A stretch of 63,892 bases of DNA, filler included, from Collodictyon triciliatum (taxonomy: Eukaryota): assembly GCA_043381765.1 (NCBI GenBank). It is 9 parts of 9 records of this genome, joined end to end, with 100 filler letters (N's around TTAATTAATTAA, not from the genome) between each part and the next. Parts side by side here need not be neighbours in the genome. Positions count along the whole stretch, not along the records: positions 36,995 to 44,295 come from JBHJMP010003971.1; positions 44,396 to 51,689 come from JBHJMP010003972.1; 7 more parts are not named here. The stretch is one strand, 5' to 3'. The notes under the pieces are model-generated. The model was not told where the DNA came from. It did not search any database and worked only from the letters and a program-made list of their open reading frames with translations. Both the position numbers and the translations under genes were made by a program. Of this stretch, positions 37,126-49,411 are shown in pieces; positions within the stretch are counted from its first letter, which is position 1; each line of letters starts with the position of its first letter.

Positions 37126-40100
37126 GTATAGAGCCACAGTGGAAGGTTGGCATTGCGGAAGATTCTCTGAAACTGTTCTATTAACTGCAAGGCTGATTTA
37201 TATTCAATTTTCAGATATCGCCTGATTATCAACAATAATCAAAGTGAATACATTTTGAATCGCTTTCTTTTCCTTTCATTTATGTATTTCTTATGTTATG
37301 AAAAAACTTCCAACCAAATTGGTCTTGGCGGATGTCATCACCGCTTTTGACAATACAGCAAAACGTCTCTGTATATATGAATTACGTAAGTAAGTCCCAT
37401 TTTATATACCTGCAGTTTCAAAGGTAAATAAAGAAGATAATTGGTATACTCCATGTTCTCAGGTGGCCATAAGGTGACAGTCGACGGAGCCGAGACTCTC
37501 TATTCTCCTGTAGCTCTCCAAACGGCCCGACTGAAAGTTTCCAAATATATTTGAATGAATAGTGATCGATGTTAGCGTATAGATATGCTCTAGATTATAT
37601 GTACAATTTAGATATATACCATATTTGGCTGTGGGTTCGCTTGAATGTGACTTTAGAACTCTCGAACCAATGGGAGGCAGAAACAGGTCGGGCTGCACAT
37701 AATTTCAACAAGATGCAGGTGAGGAAAGTGACATAACTGTTTCTGTAGAAAAAATCAATATTTTTTTTCCTTCTTTCACTATTTCGATTATGAAAATTAT
37801 AATCAAAACTAAAACTCACATTACTGCTTTTATTATTACTCTCGAGAACTTCGATGAAAAGCATGAACGGCACCTATTCATAAGCAGCATTATTTTAATT
37901 ATCCATTTTGTTCAAAAGAGTGGCATATGTGTCCCTTGTAACGTCTGAATAACTAGCTTGTACCCTTTCTTTCGATTTAAGAACAAATGCCTCTTCTGCT
38001 GGGATTCTCAAAACCGCATGGTGAAGGTCACTTTACCAATATACATATTATTCACGCTAACCTTAGACAAGTGAGGTGCTGACAAGAGTTTACGCAACCA
38101 AGGAGAGATGCAAAGAAATTGTATCGAAAATAAAGCAAGGTCAGAACATACTTTCCAGTGAATAAAGGAATATATAATGCAGCAGGAAGACGAGCGTTCA
38201 TGAGCCGAAGTTTCATACGCAATACATCATCTACAGCATTCAATGAGTGAAATTGCTATCTTTCTTGTTTGTCGAATTCACTGAAATGTTCAAACATATG
38301 AGAGAATTATAAAGTTAAATTATCACTTCTTTTTTCAATTGGCTCTGCTCGTAAACTTTCAGACAGGGCATTCAGCTGAGAAAGAAATGTCTCCACTCGG
38401 GTGAAATATTCACTACGAGCTCCTTTGGTTTGGAGAATTTCAAGATTATCATGTTCTCTTTCTTGTTCAAGGCGTTTTGCCAGAGGAGATGAGAGATGTT
38501 TCGTTGGAGAGCCCATAATATTTGGTTTTGATATGCTTATTTCATCAAAGGTGTGACCGTTCGTTTCAGAATCACTGTGGGTGTCGTCACTATTCATATG
38601 AGGAAAACGGGTGACTGACTTTTTTTTCTGATATAAATCATATAAGTATGTCAGGTATATCACATAATTACATTGTCGCAAAAGAGATAAAATAATAACT
38701 TACCGAGAGTCAACATGAGACACAGGAACAGAATAACGTTCCGAGTCGAGGTAAAGTTCAGTGCTTTGCTCCAATATCTTGAATTAATTGGGCAATAATA
38801 AGTTAATATCATATGAACACTTATTTTGAGAAGTATTACCGTGGATGTGATGGGTGATTCTTGAAGGAGTGGAGCGAAAGGCAATGAGAGCCGGTCATAT
38901 TGGCCTAACGTGGTTGTAGAGCGGTTTCTGGTCATTCCAATACTAGGTCATCATGTGATGTGGAAAAAAAGTTAGGAAATGAAGTTTGATTTTTCTTCCT
39001 TTTTTATAAAAAAAAAAAAATCATTAAAATATTGCAGAAAAACGTCTTTCGTAACTATGAGATATCCTTACTGCTCATTTGTGTCAATCCAGTTTGAGGG
39101 AGGAGAAAACGATATGTCGGTTTCAACGGTTCCATATTCATAATTGTCGAGAGATTCGTTGAAGCTTTTACTCGATGTGAGTGTGGAATTGGGTGATATG
39201 CCTTCTCCGATGAGGTTAGAAGAAGAGCCCACTCTTGTAACCATATTCTCGCTGGTAGCCTGATTGATAATATCAGAGTTGTTCAAGATATTTGATGGGT
39301 GTGTATTATGTGGTATTGCAGAGCAAAATTCTCACAATATAAACATATGTATCGTTGAAACCATTAAGTAACGACAACAATAACAATAACAACAATAACA
39401 ACAACAAACCATAATAATAAAAATTATTCCAAAATTTGAATAATCAAAGTAAAGCAGAAAATTTTATGAGAAATAGAGAAATACGAAACAAAACGCTCAT
39501 ATAATCACTATATCGAATGAACTAAACCTCTTTTTCATAGGTGACTGACCAGGCTGACAAAGATGGGGCCAAAACAAACTCACTATTGATGGCAACTGAT
39601 TCGGCTTTTGCGAGTAGCTTTTCTGCGATACGCAAATGACCGGTTTCTTTGAAATCATGTGTATTTGCATGAAGGTACAAATACACTTTAATAGCAAAGT
39701 GGATGGATTTTGCACATCTTTTCATCATAAAGTGGCTGAGCGCATCAGTTGTAGAGCGAGTAACCATCAAATTACTGAACAGAAAAATTGAGAGTTCAGC
39801 GACGTTTAAAACTCATTCGAGGATGAAGACAAATATATATATAATAACTATGAATGAAATTCTTAAGCAGAAAAAAAATCATCGAATCACCTATGAATTG
39901 ACCTACCATAACTGGGGAATGTAAAACTCTATTTCTTCCTCAGGGTACTCAAACAGTCTGTTGGCGATATAATCCGTGATACCGGGGTTCTGAAACTTGA
40001 ATAGGTATGCGATGGCGAGCCAAAGATCAAAGAACTGACTGTTGAATAAGCGAAGAAGTGACCCCACGTTCGCATTTCCATCACTTTTCTTGGCCCTAAG

Positions 40101-40686
40101 ATATTTATGAAAATGTGTTGTTATGGCAACGCACTCATCCAAAGCACATCAATTTGTGAAAGAATAGTAGTTATTTTAGTGTAGGTACAATTATTTATGC
40201 TCCGATTTCTTAACCTATTATTTTTTATATATAAATGGATAAATGAATGAATAAGTGAATAGATTAGAAGTCTTTAAAGATGAAAAGTTGAAAAATCCTT
40301 CGCGAGGATGATTAAAGAAGAAGAAAAGTTTGATGAACCGAGCCGAAACTTAAGCAAACATAAAGATCGCCAAAATAAAGGAGAATAGAGTACCCTGCAC
40401 TGTCGTCCTTGATCCGCTCCATAGCTGTGGCGTATGTCGCTGCGCTCGAGCTTTCAGAAGATATGATAAGTGCACCCGAAAGACTTGCACTTGGAGTCAG
40501 ATGGGTTACATCGCGCGGAACAAACGCTTCGGCGTTGCTTGCCGGGATCTGCGAGCCGAATCCAGCGGAGGCCGAAGCCGACGAGGCAGCCGGACTTTGC
40601 AGGCCTTGGAGTGTGGCGGAGTTGCGATCACCCGAAGAACCCACCAACGAGGCAAAAAACCCGCCAGACGCTCGAGCCGAGTTCAT
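37126..40686 (-). CDS. PI4KB: Phosphatidylinositol 4-kinase III beta (PIK1); 3' end truncated
   Basis: LLRLFNSQFFDLWLAIAYLF...EFYIPQL, CAKSIHFA, HAVLRIPAEEAFVLKSKKRVPFMLFIEVL, RRLSPYGHLRTW, IVKSGDDIRQDQF, QLIEQFQRIF...LPLWL. Confidence 0.95.
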
Positions 40687-40741
40687 CACGAGAGAAGAGT
40701 GGCTAGGCTTTTCGCGCCCCTGTGGACTTTGAGAAGGATAA

Positions 40742-40949
<208 letters not shown>

Positions 40950-42718
40950 CATAAGCGTCATCCGAATGTCTGCGCTGCGATCACACGCACTCTATTTTTT
41001 ACTACTACTTTTTCTCGCTCGTACGAAGGCAAGTTTGTTTTGTGTTACAGCAGGAGGAAGAGGCGGAAAGAGGTGTTTGATGATAAAATTATGTTGTTTT
41101 TTCTTTCTGTTTTCTTGTTCGCACGACCCTAGGCTTCTGGCTGGGAGCCCTCAGCATAGAGCTTATTGCAGAGAAAACAAAAGAAGGAATTATGACACAT
41201 ACATAGAGTTTGTTCGGAAGAAGTGTTTGCAAAGAAGCCAATCCTGACAGCAGACACATGACCACGTGCCGGCCAGTCATAAGGTTCACAAAGAGAGACA
41301 TGATATTCGCTGGATACCCAGCGCAGTGTGATAACAGTAGATGATTTGTATAATTCGTGCGTGCGTGCGCCTTGATATAAGTGCCCTGGCGTTATTTAGT
41401 ATGATGTCATGCAATGTGAACTACTCGCGTGCAGAGAAACGAAAAGACCTTTCATCTTGCTCAGATTGAAAGGACCGATAAACATAAAACAAGCAAAAGA
41501 AAAATAAGCAAAAACATTATATCAATTAAAAATAGAAGTCAAAGTCAAAATAATAAAAAAATAAAATAAAATAATCATTAGTGTTTTATCTGAATGGTGT
41601 GAATGTTCTGACAGTTTGCCCTATTTCTAAGATTTTTTTTTGAAACATGAAACAATGAAACCCATGTTGAGCTCAAACAAGTCCTCAGTTTTATAGATGC
41701 GATTTCACACGAATCACCAGAGGCAAATCTCGATGACAGGTACAGTTTTGGGTTAGTTAGAGTGTTGAGTCGCAGTGCATGGATGTAAGCCAGGAATGCA
41801 ACCTACTGTCAATCGCCACACAATTCACAAATATGTAGCCACTTCTTTCCTTGTGAATAGTACTCAGAATAATGCGACCAATTACTTCAATCCAAAGGTT
41901 TTTTTTTAAGTTGTTTTTTATTCAAGACTCGTTTTGGAAATTAATGTCTTTTGAGATTAATTGTGTGCCACCTACAAAGATGGACTATTTATTGTTCTTG
42001 ATAGGGACAAAACACTTGCCATAAGCATTTTTATGATACAAAGGGAGGAGTATATCATACTGCAGCATTTCGAAATGAATCGAAAATGACATCAGCTATT
42101 TCATGGCAACTTGACTGAAAAAGAAAATGAATCGATACAGTAACACGATTTATCATGGAAAATGTCGAAATCAATCAATGATATACCATTATGATTACTT
42201 GAAAAAAATTGCTTTGAATGTAATAAAGGGAAAAATGTAACTTAAAACTTGATTTAATCACAACATTTATGCAATGACTATCGAACAGACATCAGGAATT
42301 CAGAAGAGGCGTACGAATACCGACATGAACCAAAAGATTAATTAAATTCTGAAAGAGAGGAAAACAAACGGATTCAACGAATTCATTAGAAAAGTAACCA
42401 ATCAGGGGATGATGTGATAATCTAGTAGGTACAGGAAGATATTAAAATGTGTGCTCTTCTTTTCCATTCATAGCACCACAGTACCCTGGTCATATCCAGA
42501 ACATCAAAATAAACTTCTTATTTGAAAAGAACCGAACTTAAATATCCTATAGTATGATTTTGATTTAGTATAAAATGTGTAGTGAAGTAAATATGGAAAA
42601 ATACCATCAGAAGGCGATATGATAAGCAGGCAAGACGCCAAGACATTCGATTATTGTTCACATTTAGTTTATATCTAAGCCGTATAGAGTAGCATTCTGC
42701 GAGTTACAAACAAGCATC

Positions 42719-44116
42719 TTAGAAACCCATCCCTTTGTGTGTCGATGGAGTCACTAGGTTGACGAAGTCCAGACATGTGCACTCACAAAAGACGCAGCAA
42801 AATAATATGGTTGAGGCAGTGCTGCGCCTTATACAAGTGGGGTAGAGATAAGTAGATGGATGGTGTTTCGATTCGGCAACTGCTAGGTTCTGGTTTGACG
42901 GGGTCGAGTAAAAGCTTAGGAATCTCAGGATAGCCAAGTTGAAGCCATGTTGTCGGAGGCAGCTATGGTAAGAGAGAAGGACAGCAGGAGTAGGTGACTT
43001 GCTCCACGGGCGAAGTCTTTTTTTCTTTTTGTTTTTTTTGAAGAGCATTCCAGTGTAGAAAAGAAATATGAAGAGGAAAAAGAACCGGGCGGTGATGGAA
43101 AGGCCATTTGTTGTCGCAGCTGTATCTTTCAGTATTGAGTGCCTCCCAGCCTCAAAGTAATTGTAGCCGATTTTATACTGCGCAACCGCAGAGCTGTCAA
43201 ACACGAGAAAATTATCGACTTTTATTATGAGCGGTGATGTGGTAGGTTCTAGAGTAGGTCAGGCGGTTTGTGTCAATTTTATCCTCATCGGCATACGTGT
43301 ATATGTCCAAAAGTAAGGTGGTGGCCAAGAGACCGATGAGCGAGACGGGTGCAGACGGTGCAGATAAGAGGGCAATGGGATTTTGGGAGTTGAAGTTAGC
43401 CATGGCGTGGTGTTTGTGTGAGCATTTTCTATGTTGTTTGAGGCAAGGAGGCTGGGAGGCAAATAGTGTGGCATGATAAAAAAAATCACTTTTCTGCCTG
43501 GCTTGATATAACTACGGTTAAAGTATGGCTGGGCAATTGTGATAAATACAGCTATGTGGTTGCCACTGCGGCTTTTTCGGCTTGGTTGGTTGTCCGAAAC
43601 AATAATGGAGACTGAAGAGAGTTTTCTGTGCAAAGCTTGCCAGAGCAGCGACTCTGTCTATGGTGTCCTTGGTAGTTGGGGAGTGGCGGGCGTTGTTCAT
43701 TTTAGCAGAGCTGAAAAGAAACAGGGTTGAGAATACCTTATTTTCAGCTGGTCAAACGTGGACGATATAACGGCCATGAAGAAGCCGCGGATGCTTCAGA
43801 ACAAAGAGAGAACACTCGGCAGGCAAAACAAGGCGACGTGTATCTGATGCCGGGTCGCGTTCATTCGAGAGCATTTGACAGGGCCCCCAACACTATTTCA
43901 TAGGATGTCTCTGGTGAACGCAAAAACTGTAGAGCAACCAACGTCGCGACCATGAATTTTGTGTGAACCTGCAGATTGTGGTGTGTCGACAGTTTACTCG
44001 AGATTCTCAGAATGTTCCTAGGATCGTCACACAAGAGTCCTTCCAAGCCCGCGGCATTGGCCGGCGCTTTCCTTGCCACTGCCGCTTGGACCTGACAAAC
44101 TGGTATTACAGCACCC
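42719..44116 (-). pseudogene. Degenerate P-loop NTPase remnant
   Basis: GPSGSGK at 44072-44092, flanked by frameshifts; IVHV(D)QL Walker-B-like motif at 43751-43767 with one extra T; many stops. Confidence 0.3.
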
Positions 44117-44395
44117 TGGTATGATAGTGGCAATGCTTAAAATGTAGGGTGAAAGAAAGAAAAAAGGAAAAAAGAAAAAAAGAAAAAGAGGAAAAAAAGG
44201 AAAAAAAGAAAAAAAGAAAAAAGAAAAAAGAAAAAAGAAAAAAGAAAAAAGAAAAAAGAAAAAAGAAAAAAGAAAAAAGAAAAAAAAAAAAAGAANNNNN
44301 NNNNNNNNNNNNNNNNNNNNNNNNNNNNNNNNNNNNNNNTTAATTAATTAANNNNNNNNNNNNNNNNNNNNNNNNNNNNNNNNNNNNNNNNNNNN

Positions 44396-44601
44396 TCTTT
44401 ATTCTATCTTTATTCTATCTTTATTCTATCTTTATTCTATCTTTATTCTATCTTTATTCTATCTTTATTCTATCTTTATTCTATCTTTATTCTATCTTTA
44501 TTCTATCTTTATTTTATCTTTATTTTATCTTTATTTTATCTTTATTTTATCTTTATTTTATCTTTATTTTATCTTTATTTTATCTTTATTTTATCTTTAT
44601 T
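44396..44601. repeat. 11-mer tandem repeat (TCTTTATTCTA then TCTTTATTTTA)
   Basis: Direct reading; a single variant switch near 44510. Confidence 0.95.
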
Positions 44602-44708
44602 TTTTATTTTATCAGCTGCCAAAAATAAATAAATAAATAAATGAAAAGCTACTTGGATAAAAATTAATTGAACCTTTGATTGAGAAATATGCTAATGAAA
44701 TGCAATAG

Positions 44709-45095
44709 ATTCATCGGGCCCGCAATCGTATTTACAAGATTTAAAAATGCTTTTCGATCAACTACCACCCCCAAATAAAATGGTTTTAAAGGTTTATTCC
44801 ATCCCAGACCAAGGGAAATATACTTTTGTTAATCAAAGCCACACAGACGCATTTGTTGTACAACATCTTTTGTGCTCTATTTTCAATAGCTAACCATACT
44901 TTTCATAGAAATTATTTTTGTTTTTGAGCAAAATATCCCAGCACAGCTCACTCAACAAAATGACTCCAGACAACCTAAGGTGAGTAGATAATACAAAAAA
45001 AAAAAAAGCGTGGAGAGGATAAATTACATTCCAATGTGCAGTACATCCATAGTTGAATAGTTCATTTCGTGTTTCATTTTTTATTTTTTTAGTAC

Positions 45096-45127
<32 letters not shown>

Positions 45128-45261
45128 CTAGTATCGTCTTTGCTCCAAATCTACTTCGCGACCGCGGGGAGAGTATTGAGCAGAGCCTACTCGACTCGCC
45201 ACTGGTCAACAAAGTAGTCACCACACTTATTTCCAACGCGCAAGGGATTTTTGCCTCCTGA
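44709..45261 (+). CDS. RhoGAP-domain protein, last three exons
   Basis: LFDQLPPPNKMVLK / KLFLFLSKISQHSSLNKMTPDNLS / IVFAPNLLR...LISNAQGIFAS-TGA, containing the canonical NKM..NL.IVF.PNLL signature. Confidence 0.9.
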
Positions 45262-45779
45262 ATAGCTCAAATAAATCTGGGTCGTTGGATTGCTCATTTA
45301 CCCCACAAATATATTAAAAGAAAAACTGGAACAAACCTCTATCCTTTATAGTGTCGCAAATCGCCTTGCAAAATACAAAAATAAAAAAGAATGATAAAGT
45401 GTGGCTGAAATGTAAGAGGAAAGCAGTCTTTGGAAGCCGCCTCTCCGAAATGTTGACAGAAAAGAATGTATTTTTTTTCTAATATCAGCTTTATTCTTGG
45501 AGAAAAAAGAAAATAGTAGCATTATCATGACCAAAAGCGAGCTTTCTTTTATGTGAAAGGTTGGTTTATGAAATTGTAAGATATTTAGGGCACAAAAGTT
45601 ATGTTCCAATCATCGCAAATTAATGTTGTGAGTGGAATATTCCATAAAGTAGTAAGATTGATATTAGTGGTGTACAGAGGATAGATTAGGGTTAACATAG
45701 TCGCGAATCTTTCGAGTTGTTCTTTTTTTTAAAAAAAAAAAAAGAAAAAGAAAAAATAATCAAACATTTCACTTGGCCT

Positions 45780-48700
45780 TCACTGTAATTCCTCTTCAAA
45801 AAAGCAGAACCGAATCTGCCGAATAGCACGTCTTATTGAGGGAGAGATGACTACACTACTCGATGGTTGTCCTTTTCTTGCCTTGGAGCGCGGAGATAGC
45901 AATCCTGTAAGCAGATTTGTGTTGGTTCTTTAAGAAACATTAATTCAGAACGACAAATTTATCATCTGTTCCAGATTCTTGATGACTTTCTTCTCCTTAT
46001 TAGAGTATCATATCAGTATTTCTACCCAGAAGCTCTTCCACAGCTGTGAATGCGTTCTCCCTTCTGAGAGCGAATATGTAAATCGATTGCCGCATCAGAT
46101 AAGTCACATTCTCTGTCCACCCACGGTCTCCAACTTCATGCATGGTCAACTCTTTCGCCTTTGCATTTGCATGAAGGAGCATTGGTGATGTTAGAAAAGA
46201 GAGGGGCTCATAATAATAACAGAAAATAAAATTAAGTTGGAGGTAGTCTCCAATTACTCTGCATTTTTTTTTTATTCTTCCTTTCAATTTTGTGCAGGAT
46301 GGTGAAGATGTTGGCTTTGGTTCTCCAATTACTCTGCATTATAACATAACCTATCTACAAGCGATGTGAATAAGAGAACCTGATGGAGAAGGATGTTTGG
46401 AAGCCACTTCATTCCAACTACTTCGAAGCCACCAACACGATTTATAATTCGATTCAATGTTTCCAATATGATTTCGTTGGATTGTGGTTCGTGGATGACT
46501 CCGAGCATGATAGTCTTGATGGTAATGAAAGCAAGTTTCGTACGTGTTAAGGTTCATAGAGATAAAGGAAAACGTAAGTAATTATAATAGCACATGTATA
46601 ATTTCATACATCATTGGTGGGAGGCGGGGATAGGTATAGGTCACTTTCTACTTGCCAACTATAAAAATGAATGGTAGAAAAGAATAGGTTATTTTTGAGT
46701 TCTCGTAAATATACGTTGACGTATTATGTTTATAATGTATTTTACTTAATTTTTTTAAGAAAAAAAAACATATGAAACACCTAAGATATTTTGAGGCATA
46801 TTCCACTTGAAAAACATACCGATTTGGAACAGGGGGTGCGTTGGATGGAAATATGGATTCGGTGATAGAGATAGAGTCTGTTACGAAAAACAAGTCCTGT
46901 ATTGACTTGCTTGGTATCAGTGTGCTTTTGATTTCTTCAAATATCCTATTACAAAGCGATATGCATTGGAAGGCTGCGTTGGGGCGTTGTAAACTTATAA
47001 AGAAGCATGTGTTCTGAAAATGTGAAGGCCATTCAGTCATCCACCAACTACAGTACGTATTATTCTAATTTAATCAGCTGGTCATGTGAGTGTTGAGATT
47101 CCTTTTTCTTTCTTTCTTTCTTTTTCTTTTTCCTTTTCCTTTTTTAAAAGAGAAATGAGGAAAGAGAACACTCATCAAAATGGTTTCTAGTAATTTTTTC
47201 ATGAGAACATTCATTTTCAAAGTTAGAATTAAAATGATTTCTTCAATAGATGTTCGGTAATACCTCGAGTATCGCGGTATGCATCGCATATTCTTGACAC
47301 AGAATTCATTTCGAAGACATATATTCAAAATCTGTGGGAATAGACTGAACGGAAGGATACCAGAGGCGACAATAACGCATTGGCTTGGAACTGAGGTGGA
47401 AACAGACGGTATAACTAGCCTCTTTGTAAGCTTTTCTTGGTATTCTATAGATATTATATACTTATTTAGTGTTTTATTATTATTTCATTTCATAGTACAG
47501 CACATACATCAACAGATAACTTGCCACCCAAAGTAAATGAATATGATTGAATCGGGGGTATGTGGTTAAATTCATTTAAATAGAGGGGATACGAATGGCG
47601 TTATGAAACTGACTCCGCGTAGGACACTTTCCAAAGTACGTGACCAAATCCATATGTAAATGGTGCTCATCAGACGATATACGGATGAGAGAGGAGTGAA
47701 TATCCATGGAGGGTGGTCTGCATTTACATAATAGTAAGAAAAATTGACCAAAACAATAAGAATAGTAAATCGATGGCATCAGATCGAGACTACGAAGAAT
47801 TCGCACTTACTTTTTAGTGTGGAACTATGCAAGTAAAGGAAATACTTTATATGGGTGAGTGGTTAGCTTATACCTGGTGAAATGTTTCTTTAAACGTTCT
47901 CTTGGCTGAATCCCTCGTAGCAGAATTGCAACAGCGAAATTTGTATTGAAAACGTAGGAATAATCACCGACAAATGGAGTTGATTGCTGTCCAAATATTC
48001 AAGATTTTGACATGTTCATTATTGAAATGAATAAAGGGGAAAATAATCATTTGAAATTGTGTATCAAAGGACAGGAATAAATGAGTGAAAACATAAAATA
48101 GCTGAAGGCTACGAAAATCCTGGTATTGCTCACCAAGTCGGCGTCATAAAAGACTGTACGTATCCCAATCACATCAAGATTTGTGCTCATTATCCGATTC
48201 ATAATACACCGAAACATATTCACATCACCTATCTGATAACAAGAAAAAAAAGGCTTTGTTGTTTACCTATTCAACGGCGAAAGCAGAGCAACGACCAATT
48301 TCGAGTATTCAATAAATCACGATAATACAAGTAGAAGCGAGGAAATCATTCAGAAGCATTTTATTTATTTATTTTTATAAGTTTTATTAACATGACTTCA
48401 AAATAAACAATCATCGAATCTATTTTCCCCTTTCTTCGACTCAAGGGAAGGGTTTATTAAATGAATAAAAAAATTGAATGATTATATTACCATTTTTCCA
48501 GCAACCAGACATGTTAGTAATTCAAGTCTTTCATGAGTTTTTGTTGCAGAAAGTAATTGGTCCTGAGAGGGAGAAAAAAACAGTCATTTAGAATATGGTA
48601 CTGATTCATCATAAGATATAGTGATTAGGGTCTAACTTCACTGCAACAGGGTTCTTTCAGCATCACGGTAGCATTGTGATTTTCAAGGATTTTGCTATCG

Positions 48701-49327
48701 ACCGTGTCGCAGGCAGACTGTTTGAATATGCGTAGTACTGACGCCAATGATAACTTTCGAACGTCGTCGGGCAGTAACTCTGTGCCGGGTATCGACTCAA
48801 AAGTTGTCTTTGCAAGAAAAGCTTTAATCCTTTTGGATAGTGGGCTATTCGGATAAGCAGAAGAAGATGAGGAAGAAATTCATTAATACCTACTAGTATA
48901 TTTTAGAAAAGCCGTTAATTTGACAAAACAATTATTTTTCATTTATAATATTAGCAGCAAACCCTTCTGCAATTGGTAATATATACATCTATTCGTGAAA
49001 ATAAGTAAAGGGGGATGTTAAATATCCGTACGTTTTTGTGGATGTAGATGCAAGGTCTGCAATCAGAATATAAGCAAACTGCCTGTCAGATACCGATGCC
49101 CGGCCTGATGGAGATGGCTTATCTACCGTATCATGCGAATGAGTGAGCTGTAGACCCAAAACTTGGAAAGGAAAGGGGGACACATCAGTCTTCAATTTTG
49201 TTGCTTTTGATGAGTTTTCAGTGTCCACGTGTATATTCTCAGTGAACCATAGGATTAGTGGTATAAGAATAGTTTGTGCCTCTGAAAGCAGTGGCTCTGC
49301 AATAAGGACAAGTCGCCTGTGTTTTTT

Positions 49328-49411
<84 letters not shown>

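Noticed and set aside
47352-47360. GTATCCTT on the minus strand as a second U12 donor
   Set aside because: It falls inside an open exon (VASGILPFSL) with no matching branch site or acceptor needed.
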